DNA of 64,000 nucleotides from Candidatus Saccharimonadales bacterium (lineage in GTDB: Bacteria > Patescibacteriota > Saccharimonadia > Saccharimonadales > UBA4665), in NCBI GenBank assembly GCA_038239685.1, contig JBBSEN010000004.1, forward strand, positions 8,657-72,656. Reading direction: 5' to 3'. Below are positions 8,649 through 18,535 of the stretch, piece after piece; the stretch's first letter is position 1; the number at the start of each line of letters is the position of its first letter. Both the position numbers and the translations under genes were made by a program. The notes beneath the pieces are model-generated. The model had not been told where the DNA came from. It saw nothing but the letters and a program-made list of their open reading frames with translations, and made no database searches.

Positions 8649-11600
8649 AACGCCATCCTTTGAAGTGCTTACTTTTTAGTACGTATTCGCCCCCTAGGTA
8701 GGCTATGCAGCCGATCAGCGTCAGGCCACTTATCGTAAGCCCGACATAGAAGTAACGTTCAGGTGTGAATTCCGCAGCCAGTTTAATATTGTAAGACCCA
8801 TCCTTATTCTTGTAGCAGGCATTCGATGTATGAGTGCACAGCATAACAGGGTCAACATACCAAGAATTCGCATAGCCATTGAGTTTAAGGTGATCTTTTT
8901 TGGGTACTGCTGTCGGATTGGTGTTAGGTAGCAATCCTTTTGCTCCACTCAGGCCTTTATCATTTAGCTCTAGTCTCCAGCCTGAGTTGTACGCCTCACT
9001 CATATTTAAATAGAAAGGAGTGTGGGCGCTTGTCACACTTATAAGTTTCTTGGTTGGACTAGGGCTTTGGAAGCTTATTTTTTCAGGCGTTTGAAGCACC
9101 TTATTATTGCTCTGAACAAGGTAATAATGACTCTCGATGTCCGGTACTTGCACAAGGCTAAAATTATCGTAACGATTAATTAATTGACGACCAGTTTGAC
9201 TATCCGGATATCCATAAACTGTGAGGTCTAATTTTGATGCACCATAAGGAATTTTCACTAATTTTTGAAAATGATGCCAGCCAGTACCGTCAATACTTAT
9301 TTGCTGGCTGACAGAACTATTTTGTGAATCGTTGAAGCCAAGGTGATAACCGGCTGACTGAGCATTCGGGCTCTGATAATCAAAGTCCAGTAAGTAGGTT
9401 TTACCTTCACTGACTCGCACGATACCGGGCCCGGTGCAAGCTATGTGCCTGGTAGTACGGAATTCAAGAGACTGCCGTCCATTTGTTTTCGTGGATTTCT
9501 CCAGCTCCATTTGTAAAACAGGATGATTATCGTAGTTATCACAATCCGATACATGGCGACTCCAAAGACCATTTTCTAATGAAGGATTTTTTATTAGGTT
9601 TTTACCCGTGTCTTTATCGTCAATGCTAAACTTGACTGGCTTTGTCGTATCTATTTGCTTCGGTACAAAATTCAAAGGGCGGCTGCTCGCAATATTTACG
9701 GGTATTTCTAAGGGTATAATTTGAACGTCATCATAATAAGTTTCAGCGTAGCCATTATTATCGTCATCGGGGTAACCTTTCAGCTGGAGAGTAAGGGTTG
9801 TAGCGCCTGGCGGAGCCTGGAAATAGGCAGAATGACCGTTCTCTCCAGAGCCATTCGGTAGTAAATCAGAACTAAGTGACGTGTGTTTACTATCATTAAA
9901 TAGTAGGTCGTACCCAACCCTTCTGCCATACTGTACTTTGAAATTTAATGACAAATTGTAGAATGAGCCTGGGGACATTCTCATATCATTAGAATTTGTA
10001 CATGCAGTATGGTTTCCAGCAAATAGGAGTAGGGATTGTCTCCCTGAGCTGGTAAAGTTTTTTGATACACCCATACTAATCTTCGGATTATCATCGTAGT
10101 TATTACAATCTTGAACCTTTGCCTGCCAAGGACCTTGCTCGAATGAGCCATTTTGAATCATATTCGGGCCATTTTCTTTAAACAGGTTAATAGAATCAGA
10201 TGTGTTACCGATATTTCTCGTAGCACCAGATTTATCGAGTGGATACGTATTATTACTTATTGAAAATAAATAACTGGATGACTTATCGAGTCTCAAAGAG
10301 CTAATAATAGTATTAGCAGGAAGGCCTGCTCCCCCGTCATTGGTAGAAAGATTATTCTGTGTTGTATTGCTAAATTGTAGCGTGCGACTTTTGACGAAAT
10401 AACTATATGAGGGAAAGTCATTGTCCGAATATAGTTCTGTGCGGGGGTAGCTTTTATTAGGCTGAGTGTGACTCACTAATTCACCATCTTGTGAGGGATA
10501 AATATTACTGAAAATATCGTTCACAATTTGTGCATTGTTGGCAGTGCTATCAGTAAAATCCAATGTTTTATTATTTAATTCCTGGCTTGTAAACTGAGCG
10601 TAGCTATTAATCTTAGTAATATCGGCTATCTCCGTTAATTTAGTGCTAGCTGAGATGTACGGACTGAAATCACGATTCTTGTACACGGCTAGCTGATCGC
10701 CGCCTACGTTAATCCTTTTCAGCCAGGATTGACGGTTTAATGAATTAATGAAGTAGCTCCGATTATTCCCATAGTATGGAAAAAAATCATCTTCATTGGC
10801 AGTATCACGTAAGGGCACAATGACGTACTTATAGTTTAAAGCCGTTAAATATTTAGGCGCTAAAGCTGAGGCGAAGTAGTTATTAGTCTGTAGGGCGAAT
10901 GGCTCTGATACAGAATCACTACTGCTCTGTGGCAAAATATCAGTGATAGAGCTCGCCGGTTTATTGTTAGTCGAATATGTCCACCTCGAAGTACTCGGTA
11001 GCCATAATGTCCTGAAGTGATCGGTGCTGTCCTTTTGCAAATAATTTTTTAGATATAGATACGAGCTGGGTATTTGGCGCTGGCTAAATAAGCTCTTAGG
11101 ATGCTCCAAGTAGAATGGAGTCACCATTAATACGATTAAAATGATAACCGCACCCGATAAAAACTTCAGTCCTTGTGGCCTTAAAGTCTTGTCGGATGAT
11201 TTTAGCTTTTGTCCCAAAAAAGTACCTATGACCACTGAGTAACCTAGCGAGATCAATATGTAAAACTTGCTAGCCTCTCTAAAGGCATTGAATCCGGGGA
11301 ACGTTGTGTAAAGCCAATAGTAGACTGAGCCAAATGGAGCCGCGTTCTCCTTACTTAAAAATATTCCTAGTAACGCAATTAATGAAAAACCAATAATATA
11401 ACTTTTACGACGCATACTGACTAGGGCCAATAGAAAGCAGCTAGGTAATAACCAGGCAAAAACAGGCGGCGTATGTATGGAGAACCACTCTATGCCATGA
11501 ATAGTCCAAAAGGAGTGCCACAGCGCAATAGAGTTTTCTAGCGGTAAATATTCAGATCCAAATAGACTTCTTGATAAGACAGCATTGCTTGTTAGTTGCC

Positions 11601-12366
11601 CCTGCGTTCCGATACCGAGCAGCCAATAGAAGCTGAGTAAACCGATAAGTACAAAAGCAATTAAGAGATATGCACAGCTTTTTAATTGCTTCCTAAACCC
11701 GTCTTCATTCAGTATCAAATAGATGAGTGTAAGTAAGGCTAAACCCAAGGAAGCAATGTAAAAGATTCGAAAGTCATAAATGCTCATGATCAATCCCGCC
11801 AAAGCCGTAATGACCGCTCGTCTTAAGCTTGGCTTTTCATAGAGTTTAATGGCGCATAACAGGAAAATTGGCGCGAATGCCATAGACCCTAAGATATTTA
11901 GATGTTGCGTATGCAGTATGAAAGTACAGGAATTAAATTGATAAATCATACTGCCGAAGAAAGCTGCTTTGTGAGATTTGGAAAAATGATATACCAGCAG
12001 ATAACTTCCAATACATGAAGCAATCACAATCGGCCACATATATATAAGACGCTCGAAGACCGCGAATCCAATATGCGCATGCGCGAATAGTCCTTCGATA
12101 AATTCAAGCGGATAGAATGAAGCAGTTATATTAGTAGAACCTAAACCGGCTGTATTCCACGCTTGCGGCAGATTAAAAAAGTGTCGAGCTACGCCAGTAT
12201 AGGTATAATTCCAATCACCATACGTAAGAATCCCAAAAGTGAAGAACCAGGTAGAATTAATAACTATACTTGCTACGACAGCACTGATAAACCAAGGGCT
12301 AGTAGTTTTCAATCTTTTCCGTATAGATAAGTGCATATCTTTCATTTTATAAGATGAAAGCGACAA
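8632..12366 (-). CDS. Giant (1244 aa) membrane protein: polytopic N-terminal domain (GT-C/AftD/YfhO-like), large extracytoplasmic region with two tandem CBM-like modules, and a C-terminal TM
   Basis: About 420 aa of TM helices come first. Duplicated ~155-aa modules occupy residues ~733-886 and ~921-1075 (NGSFEQGPWQAKVQDCNNYDDNP... versus NPSLENGLWSRHVSDCDNYDNHP...). The C-terminal TM is GLTISGLTLIGCIAYL. The composition is AT-rich. Confidence 0.75.
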   Translation of the reverse strand: MSLSSYKMKDMHLSIRKRLKTTSPWFISAVVASIVINSTWFFTFGILTYGDWNYTYTGVARHFFNLPQAWNTAGLGSTNITASFYPLEFIEGLFAHAHIGFAVFERLIYMWPIVIASCIGSYLLVYHFSKSHKAAFFGSMIYQFNSCTFILHTQHLNILGSMAFAPIFLLCAIKLYEKPSLRRAVITALAGLIMSIYDFRIFYIASLGLALLTLIYLILNEDGFRKQLKSCAYLLIAFVLIGLLSFYWLLGIGTQGQLTSNAVLSRSLFGSEYLPLENSIALWHSFWTIHGIEWFSIHTPPVFAWLLPSCFLLALVSMRRKSYIIGFSLIALLGIFLSKENAAPFGSVYYWLYTTFPGFNAFREASKFYILISLGYSVVIGTFLGQKLKSSDKTLRPQGLKFLSGAVIILIVLMVTPFYLEHPKSLFSQRQIPSSYLYLKNYLQKDSTDHFRTLWLPSTSRWTYSTNNKPASSITDILPQSSSDSVSEPFALQTNNYFASALAPKYLTALNYKYVIVPLRDTANEDDFFPYYGNNRSYFINSLNRQSWLKRINVGGDQLAVYKNRDFSPYISASTKLTEIADITKINSYAQFTSQELNNKTLDFTDSTANNAQIVNDIFSNIYPSQDGELVSHTQPNKSYPRTELYSDNDFPSYSYFVKSRTLQFSNTTQNNLSTNDGGAGLPANTIISSLRLDKSSSYLFSISNNTYPLDKSGATRNIGNTSDSINLFKENGPNMIQNGSFEQGPWQAKVQDCNNYDDNPKISMGVSKNFTSSGRQSLLLFAGNHTACTNSNDMRMSPGSFYNLSLNFKVQYGRRVGYDLLFNDSKHTSLSSDLLPNGSGENGHSAYFQAPPGATTLTLQLKGYPDDDNNGYAETYYDDVQIIPLEIPVNIASSRPLNFVPKQIDTTKPVKFSIDDKDTGKNLIKNPSLENGLWSRHVSDCDNYDNHPVLQMELEKSTKTNGRQSLEFRTTRHIACTGPGIVRVSEGKTYLLDFDYQSPNAQSAGYHLGFNDSQNSSVSQQISIDGTGWHHFQKLVKIPYGASKLDLTVYGYPDSQTGRQLINRYDNFSLVQVPDIESHYYLVQSNNKVLQTPEKISFQSPSPTKKLISVTSAHTPFYLNMSEAYNSGWRLELNDKGLSGAKGLLPNTNPTAVPKKDHLKLNGYANSWYVDPVMLCTHTSNACYKNKDGSYNIKLAAEFTPERYFYVGLTISGLTLIGCIAYLGGEYVLKSKHFKGWRYVGPR

Positions 12367-12376
12367 GACTCTAATA

Positions 12377-13543
12377 TTAAGAATAGTGTGACCTAGCTCG
12401 GAGCAAGTCGTTATAGAGGGCCAGCCACTTTTTTCTTACCAGTTTAGAGTCATGCTTTCTTTCAAATTCTTGCCTTGCGCCTGTCGATAGTTCTCTTAAT
12501 TTATTTCTGTCATTCATCAGGCTGGTTAGTATTTTCTTGAATGCTTCCCTATCGTTTCTCTTAATCATGTAACCAAAACCGTCATTGATAATTTGTTTTG
12601 CTCCGATGTTATTCGTCGTTATTATGGGCAGGCTCGAGGCCATTGCCTCAAGGTATACTTGTCCATAGCTTTCTTCTTGTTGCAGTAATGTAAAAACATG
12701 AGCGTCTTTGTACACTTTAGGCAGATCACTATTTTTGATAAAACCTTTTAAGAACACGTTTTTTTCAACTCCAAGGTTAGATATGAGAATCTGCAACTTA
12801 CTCATTTCAGGACCGTCACCATATATATTCAATACTGCTTTCGGATTTGCTTTGACTGTTTCGGCGAATACCCGTATTAAATAATCGAATCTTTTTCTCG
12901 GTATAAGGTAACCTACTGCTACTAGCTTAAATGGCTCGCTAAAGTAATCCTTAGCACTTGATAGCTTAAATCTATTTCCATCTACTCCTGGAGCGATTAA
13001 CTTAATCTTTTCTTGGTCGACATATGGAGAGACTAGTTTTTTTGTAACCATATCATAAACCACGACGCAGTCAGCCTTTGCCAGCGTCCTATGAGAAAGA
13101 GGTGAGATTATTTTTTGTAGTGTTCGGGGAAACAAAGGCAGCTTTTCATTATTGTACGGCACGGAAAAACTACCAATAATAAATATCTTGTTTCGGGTTA
13201 GATTTAATAGAGCTAGTAGATTGAAAGTTGCTCCTAATTTAAAAGGCCTGACATGATGGACAACGTCAAAATCTTCTCGCATTAATAGTTTTATTGATTT
13301 GAGCGAATAACGAATGGTAAATAATATTGCAGCTAAAGCACCCATTTCGTAAACAGTTTTTTTGGGCTGTGCTTCAATGACACGATAAGGTAGATTCATT
13401 TTTTCAGTGATTTTTCCAGTTACTACTACAGATTCTGGCCAGTTACGCGCGACTGAATCAGCTATTTCAAAAGCATGTCTATACTCAGAACCGCGCAATT
13501 GTGATTCGTATACGTAATGGCTGGGAGCAAGTAAAGCTTTCAT
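12377..13543 (-). CDS. Family 4 (GT-B) glycosyltransferase
   Basis: EESYGQVYLEAMASSLPIITTNNIG (EX7E region) within a typical ~390-aa GT4 layout. Confidence 0.8.
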   Translation of the reverse strand: MKALLAPSHYVYESQLRGSEYRHAFEIADSVARNWPESVVVTGKITEKMNLPYRVIEAQPKKTVYEMGALAAILFTIRYSLKSIKLLMREDFDVVHHVRPFKLGATFNLLALLNLTRNKIFIIGSFSVPYNNEKLPLFPRTLQKIISPLSHRTLAKADCVVVYDMVTKKLVSPYVDQEKIKLIAPGVDGNRFKLSSAKDYFSEPFKLVAVGYLIPRKRFDYLIRVFAETVKANPKAVLNIYGDGPEMSKLQILISNLGVEKNVFLKGFIKNSDLPKVYKDAHVFTLLQQEESYGQVYLEAMASSLPIITTNNIGAKQIINDGFGYMIKRNDREAFKKILTSLMNDRNKLRELSTGARQEFERKHDSKLVRKKWLALYNDLLRARSHYS

Positions 13544-13545
13544 AT

Positions 13546-14226
13546 TTATATATTAAGGCAATTATTAGATCTGTAAAAAATGGTGGTAACAGACATGACA
13601 GGTATTATTGGTGCCATGCCATGAAGATCTAGGCGTTTAAAGCCGGCATTAGTAAGTGAAGTTATGCCCTTGGTGTAGCGTTTTCGATCAGTATTATCCC
13701 AAACAATCACACCTCTTTTCGATAATGCTTCGACAGCGTATTTTGCGCAATTAACCCTATCGCGTCCGTCTACAACGATTATGTCGAACTTAAGTTTTGA
13801 CCTAGTCGAAGCTGTGGAATAATCACCATTCTTATTTAATGCTATGTATCGTATTATTACGTTTCTCGGTAACCCGTTCTTTACTTTTTGATACCAATTT
13901 TTATTGTGTTCGCAACTATAAACTTTTGAAACATGCTTTGCCCACCACAGGGTGCTGTTACCTGAACCATACTCAAAGACTTTCATTTTCTTATTTACCC
14001 TAGTCTCTAATAGGGATATCGCCGGATATGTGATCCATGGCACTGGAGAGTTTTTGCGATCAATTGACGTGTTGTGGAGCACGCTCTTAAACCAGCCGAG
14101 CTCATACAAAGCATGACTGCCTGTTATTAGTGACCAAACCATCCAGCAAAAATTAGTTAAGCCGATTTTATCAAGTGTGTTTTTTATTAAGCTCATCGAT
14201 CTACCGGTTATTAGACCTTTTACCAC
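13546..14226 (-). CDS. Putative class I SAM-dependent methyltransferase-like protein
   Basis: VFEYGSGNSTLWWA resembles SAM motif I (ExGxGxS), followed by IIVVDGRDR. Alternative start at 14196 (MSLIKNT...). The assignment is tentative. Confidence 0.45.
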   Translation of the reverse strand: MVKGLITGRSMSLIKNTLDKIGLTNFCWMVWSLITGSHALYELGWFKSVLHNTSIDRKNSPVPWITYPAISLLETRVNKKMKVFEYGSGNSTLWWAKHVSKVYSCEHNKNWYQKVKNGLPRNVIIRYIALNKNGDYSTASTRSKLKFDIIVVDGRDRVNCAKYAVEALSKRGVIVWDNTDRKRYTKGITSLTNAGFKRLDLHGMAPIIPVMSVTTIFYRSNNCLNI

Positions 14227-15049
14227 GAGAGTTTAGTTTACCGATATAATAAGGAACGCCTTTGATGAGTAAAAGCGTGATCGAAGCTAGGCTGGCCTTG
14301 ACGGTACCTTTACGGAACATACCTTTGCGGAAGCGCTCTTTGCGCTCTAGCAACTCTTCGTAGCGAGATTCGTGGGCGGCTTGGCTGGTATAGCCCCAGC
14401 GGTAAAATTTCTTAAACATGGCCCGTAGAGAGTTTGGCTCTATGTGTTGGACGGCACCGGGCAGTAAGTCTATCTTTTGGCTGTAAAGGTAAGCTTCGAA
14501 ATATATAATTGCGTGATCCTGGCCGCCAACGTTTTCTAAAGCGCTTTTGGGAATCGCGGCGAAGGCTTTTTTTAATAAGTCAGTTTTGTAGAAGCGCGGC
14601 AACATGACGCTTGTGTAAGGGTCAAAATCTTTTACGGTATGGATTAGCTTCCTATCCAGCTGGAACAGCTTTTCCAGCCAATTATTGGCCTGATAGACGT
14701 CCTCTTCTAGGACTAGCATGTCCAGGTCCTGGTCGTTAAGCATGTTGACTGACCGCTCTACCGCGGCGGGTTCCAGTATCTGGTCGCTGTCCAGGAGTAG
14801 TATATACTTGCCGTGGGCGCGGATAAGGCCCTCGTGCCTGGCTTTTAACAGGGCGTCGGTGCAAATAATTATCTCGTCGATGCCATGTTGTTCGGCAATT
14901 TTGACCGTGTCATCAGACGAGGCGCCGTCGATAATGTTAACCTCGATGTTTTGGTAGGTTTGCCGCTCAATCGCGTCTAAGCAGAGTTCCAAAAATTGGC
15001 CGCTATTTAATGTCGGGATACTGATCGTTACTAATGGATTGCCGGTCAT
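14201..15049 (-). CDS. Family 2 glycosyltransferase
   Basis: VTISIPTLNSGQFLELCLDAIERQTYQNIEVNIIDGASSDDT and a LLLDSDQ (DxD) motif. Confidence 0.8.
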   Translation of the reverse strand: MTGNPLVTISIPTLNSGQFLELCLDAIERQTYQNIEVNIIDGASSDDTVKIAEQHGIDEIIICTDALLKARHEGLIRAHGKYILLLDSDQILEPAAVERSVNMLNDQDLDMLVLEEDVYQANNWLEKLFQLDRKLIHTVKDFDPYTSVMLPRFYKTDLLKKAFAAIPKSALENVGGQDHAIIYFEAYLYSQKIDLLPGAVQHIEPNSLRAMFKKFYRWGYTSQAAHESRYEELLERKERFRKGMFRKGTVKASLASITLLLIKGVPYYIGKLNSRGKRSNNR

Positions 15050-16473
15050 TTCCTTACCACGTCAAACGTCTTTACAGGTTTAATAATAGCGTACAGGATA
15101 GCGACCCCTTCAATAAAACTCGAGATTGGCAAGAGGATGAAGGTCGAGAAGTAGAGGAATAATTTCCTAAAGATGTTCATATTAACATTTAGTAAGTTGC
15201 GGTAAGAGCCGAGCAGGTAGGCGCCGGCGTAGGAGCCTTGGGCGACAGCCGCTGTCAGCACAAAAGCCAGCGGTGCGTAGCCGTTGGGATGGAAGAAGTT
15301 GGCGATGGTAATTATCGGCCCCAGCCAGCCCAGCGTCCAAAGCAAGGTGTTGATAAGTAATATCCAGCGGGTTTTCAGACGCAGTTTCTTATCAAAGGAC
15401 AAGTGCTTGAGCCCGCAGAACCAGCGCCGCCGCTGTTTGAGGATGGCGCTAATCGTGAACGGCGACTGCTCGCGGATATAGCCGTCAATCCATTGGAACG
15501 AGACGCCCTTCTCGGCCGCATGGAGGGCGAAGTAGGCGTCCTCGGTTATCGAGCCCTTACCGCCCAAGTCAAAGCCGATATATTTTTCCAAGTATTGCGG
15601 CACTAGAAAGTAGGAGCCATGCATACCAAAAACCGGCCTTTTTAATAGGCGGTATTGGAATCTGAAGCGGCCCAGGTCATCACCGGTGCGGATACTATCG
15701 ATGGCGGTTATGAGCACGTTAGAACCATATTTGTGAGAATTGTATTTTATTTCTCCTTGCCCAATGCTTCTGCTGGTAGCTGGATCATGTATGAACTTGG
15801 CCACGCCGGCTAGGCATTCTGGAGTAATGAGGCTCTCTTCATCAAGGTGAAGTACCCAGGTATCACGATATGACACTTGCTTTTCGGTGACACCACGCCG
15901 TTCAATAACATAATGAAGGGCTCGGGCCTTATACTTTGCTCCTTTCTTAGTCACGTAATCAAGCGGTACCACATGAATGTTAATTTTAGGATTAGCCTTT
16001 ACCTTATCCCACACTGGCACGTCGGTTACAATCTCTAATAAATAATTTACGTCATACTTATGAAGTTGTTTGAGTGTTTCCAGGACTGACCGGCTTAAGG
16101 CCGCCCGGTTGTCACCACGCGAGACGTAGACGATTTTTAGTTTTTTGCGACCATCCCATCGCTTAGCGGTAAACCTTTCCAAATTTTTCTGATCTCGCCT
16201 CCTAGGTGAACCGAACATAAATATACCTGCCAGATTGGTAACGCTGAGCAGGATATTGGAATACCAGATGATCTTTACGCCAAACCAGATCTTACCAGAG
16301 GTCGTGGCTAAATCCGAAGCATTATTATTGGTAAAAAAGTAACTGAATACGATTGCGTAAAAGGCAATCGGCGCAAAGAGCGAAAAATAATAGACGAAAT
16401 TATCAGCGATGAAAGCCAACTTATCTTGCAGTCCGTTTCGTATATCGCGAAAACTAGCACTTTTTGTAATCAT
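15046..16473 (-). CDS. Processive GT2 beta-glycan synthase (cellulose/chitin/PNAG-synthase-like)
   Basis: N- and C-terminal TM helices flank a GT2 domain carrying VLHLDEES (DxD-like), GSITEDAYF (TED) and LKQRRRWFCG (QxxRW). These are the signature of processive synthases. Confidence 0.75.
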   Translation of the reverse strand: MITKSASFRDIRNGLQDKLAFIADNFVYYFSLFAPIAFYAIVFSYFFTNNNASDLATTSGKIWFGVKIIWYSNILLSVTNLAGIFMFGSPRRRDQKNLERFTAKRWDGRKKLKIVYVSRGDNRAALSRSVLETLKQLHKYDVNYLLEIVTDVPVWDKVKANPKINIHVVPLDYVTKKGAKYKARALHYVIERRGVTEKQVSYRDTWVLHLDEESLITPECLAGVAKFIHDPATSRSIGQGEIKYNSHKYGSNVLITAIDSIRTGDDLGRFRFQYRLLKRPVFGMHGSYFLVPQYLEKYIGFDLGGKGSITEDAYFALHAAEKGVSFQWIDGYIREQSPFTISAILKQRRRWFCGLKHLSFDKKLRLKTRWILLINTLLWTLGWLGPIITIANFFHPNGYAPLAFVLTAAVAQGSYAGAYLLGSYRNLLNVNMNIFRKLFLYFSTFILLPISSFIEGVAILYAIIKPVKTFDVVRK

Positions 16474-17576
16474 AGGCCGATGGCTTTCTTAAATTGTTGG
16501 TAGCTTTTGTCGAAAGTGATGGTTTTGCTCCATTGCCAGCCGGTTTTGCGCATGGCGTTATATCGCTGCTGGTTTGTTAGCAGTGTAACGATTGCTTCGG
16601 CTAGCTGCTGTGGGGTATTTCGCTTGGTGACCAGGCCGGTCTTATTATGACGGATGCTGTCGCGCAGGCCGTCGACGTTATAGACCGCGGCTGGCGTGCC
16701 TTGGCTGTTCGCCTCGGTAACGATCAGGCCCCAGCCTTCCTTGGTGCTGGTGACAGTGATTAGGTGGCTGCGGCGTAAAAGACGTTGCTTTTGGGCTTGG
16801 GAGACGCGGCCATGGTAGGTGATGTCGCGGGCGTAGCGGCTGGCATGGATGGCCCTCAGGACTTTACGGCCGTAGCGGCCGCTGCTGTCGCCGGCTACTT
16901 CCAGTTTGAGAGTAGGAATGGCCGCCTTGGCCAGCTCGAAGGCTTTGACTTGGTCGATGGTGTGCTTCATCTGGCGCATGCTGCCTAGGGAGAGCATGGT
17001 CGGGGTCTTGGCCTTGCTGCTGAGAGCTGGCAATTGGCGGGCTGGCGGGTGCTCCAGGCCTTCTGAGATGATCCTGATGTTGGACGGCTTGAAGCCGACT
17101 CGTTGCAGGTCTTGCTTAGTACTCTCCGAGACCGTGATGACTGGCTTATTGCTGAGCAGCCGCAAGTAGATCGGCTCGGCTATATAGCCAATGGCGCTCA
17201 GCGGCAGGGGCAGCTCGTCGAACCAGATCTTGCGGCAGAGCATGTGGGCGAAGATGATGTTGGGCTCCTTGACATAGAATTTGCAGAAGAATGGCACAGT
17301 GTTGACCTCGTCGATGGCCAGGTCGGCCCAACCCTTCAGGTGTTTTTGGTAATAAAGCCGGGCATGGTGGTAGACCGTGACGCGGTTGCCAACGCGGATT
17401 ATCTTATAGCCGTCAGGATGGGTCTCCTCGGGCGCGCCGCCCTTGTAGCCGCCGGTGATGAAGATCACCTCGTGGCCGTCTTGGACCAGCCGTTTGGCCA
17501 GTTGTTCGTTGACCACTTCGGCGCCACCGGCCAGCGGATGGGTCAGGTCCTTCCAGGTAAACCAGAGGATTTTCAT
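16470..17576 (-). CDS. Family 4 (GT-B) glycosyltransferase
   Basis: The protein starts MKILWFTWKDLTHPLAGGAEVV. The ATG at 17574-17576 overlaps the upstream stop codon by 1 nt. The tracked 497-aa ORF has a Pro/Arg-rich extension lying inside the upstream gene, which I discard. Confidence 0.8.
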   Translation of the reverse strand: MKILWFTWKDLTHPLAGGAEVVNEQLAKRLVQDGHEVIFITGGYKGGAPEETHPDGYKIIRVGNRVTVYHHARLYYQKHLKGWADLAIDEVNTVPFFCKFYVKEPNIIFAHMLCRKIWFDELPLPLSAIGYIAEPIYLRLLSNKPVITVSESTKQDLQRVGFKPSNIRIISEGLEHPPARQLPALSSKAKTPTMLSLGSMRQMKHTIDQVKAFELAKAAIPTLKLEVAGDSSGRYGRKVLRAIHASRYARDITYHGRVSQAQKQRLLRRSHLITVTSTKEGWGLIVTEANSQGTPAAVYNVDGLRDSIRHNKTGLVTKRNTPQQLAEAIVTLLTNQQRYNAMRKTGWQWSKTITFDKSYQQFKKAIGL

Positions 17577-18535
17577 CAGTCTAACCGCCGTTTCTCGACG
17601 TACAGCGGCCGGTTGACCACCTCGCCGTAAATATCGGCGATGTACAGTGCGATCAGCCCCAGACAGGCCAGTACGATGCCGATCATGAACAGTAGGATAA
17701 TCGCCAGGATGGCCGTGCCCGAGATGTGCAGGCTGAGCGGGTCGTTGAGGATGAAACGCTCGATAATGACGAAAACGCCCAGCGAACCTGACGTTATGAT
17801 GATGAAGACACCCAGATAGCCGGCCAGCCGCAGCGGGAAGAAGCTCAGCGACACCACCGTGCTGAGAGCCAGCTGGATCAGCGCCGCGTAGTTGTAGGTC
17901 GCCTGGCCGTGCAGGCGCTTGGCCGGCACGAAGTCGACGTAGGCCCGGCTGAAGCCCAGCCAATCGATCAGGCCGCGGGTCATCCGGTTGTGCTCGGTGA
18001 AACGCCGGAACTCATTGATGACCACCGCGTCTAATAGCCGGAAGTCAGTAGCGTTGGGCATGATCTCGATGCTGGAGATGCGGTTGATAAGACGGTAGAA
18101 CCAGCGCGAGCTGAGGCGTTTGAGGAAGTTGGCGTGGTGCTTGTTGGAGCTGCGCCGGCCAATGACGATGTCGTAGCCTTCCTGCCACTTTTGGAGCAAA
18201 TCCGGGATGACAGCCGGCGGGTGCTGCAAGTCGGCGTCCAGCATGATGGCCGCCCGGCCCTTAGCCTTGTGCAGGCCGGCCGTATTGGCGATCTCCTTGC
18301 CGAAGTTGCGGGCTAGCCGCACCAGCCGGACCTTGGGGTCGCGCCGCTCCAGGGCCTGGACGACCCGGACCGATTTGTCGGTGCTGCCATCATCAACGAA
18401 GATGAATTCGTAGCGATACTGCGGCAGACTGGCGAAGACCCTGGCCAGCTGGCGGTACAATTCGCGCACGTTATCAGCCTCGTTTTTCATCGGGATAATA
18501 ACCGAGATTAGTTTAGTGCTCTTACTTGGAGTCAT
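17576..18535 (-). CDS. Polyprenyl-phosphate glycosyltransferase (GtrB/ArnC/DPM1-like GT2)
   Basis: LISVIIPMKNEADNV...FIFVDDGSTDKS...ARNFGKE...LDADLQHPP plus two C-terminal TM helices, which is the typical GtrB architecture. Confidence 0.8.
   Translation of the reverse strand: MTPSKSTKLISVIIPMKNEADNVRELYRQLARVFASLPQYRYEFIFVDDGSTDKSVRVVQALERRDPKVRLVRLARNFGKEIANTAGLHKAKGRAAIMLDADLQHPPAVIPDLLQKWQEGYDIVIGRRSSNKHHANFLKRLSSRWFYRLINRISSIEIMPNATDFRLLDAVVINEFRRFTEHNRMTRGLIDWLGFSRAYVDFVPAKRLHGQATYNYAALIQLALSTVVSLSFFPLRLAGYLGVFIIITSGSLGVFVIIERFILNDPLSLHISGTAILAIILLFMIGIVLACLGLIALYIADIYGEVVNRPLYVEKRRLD

Noticed and set aside
16470-17963. A 497-aa version of the GT4 ORF with a Pro/Arg/Gly-rich 128-aa N-terminal extension
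   Set aside because: The extension lies entirely inside the upstream GtrB-like gene (17576..18535) in another frame and has no GT4-like sequence. The conserved GT4 N-terminus MKILWF... begins at the ATG at 17574-17576, which overlaps the upstream stop codon.
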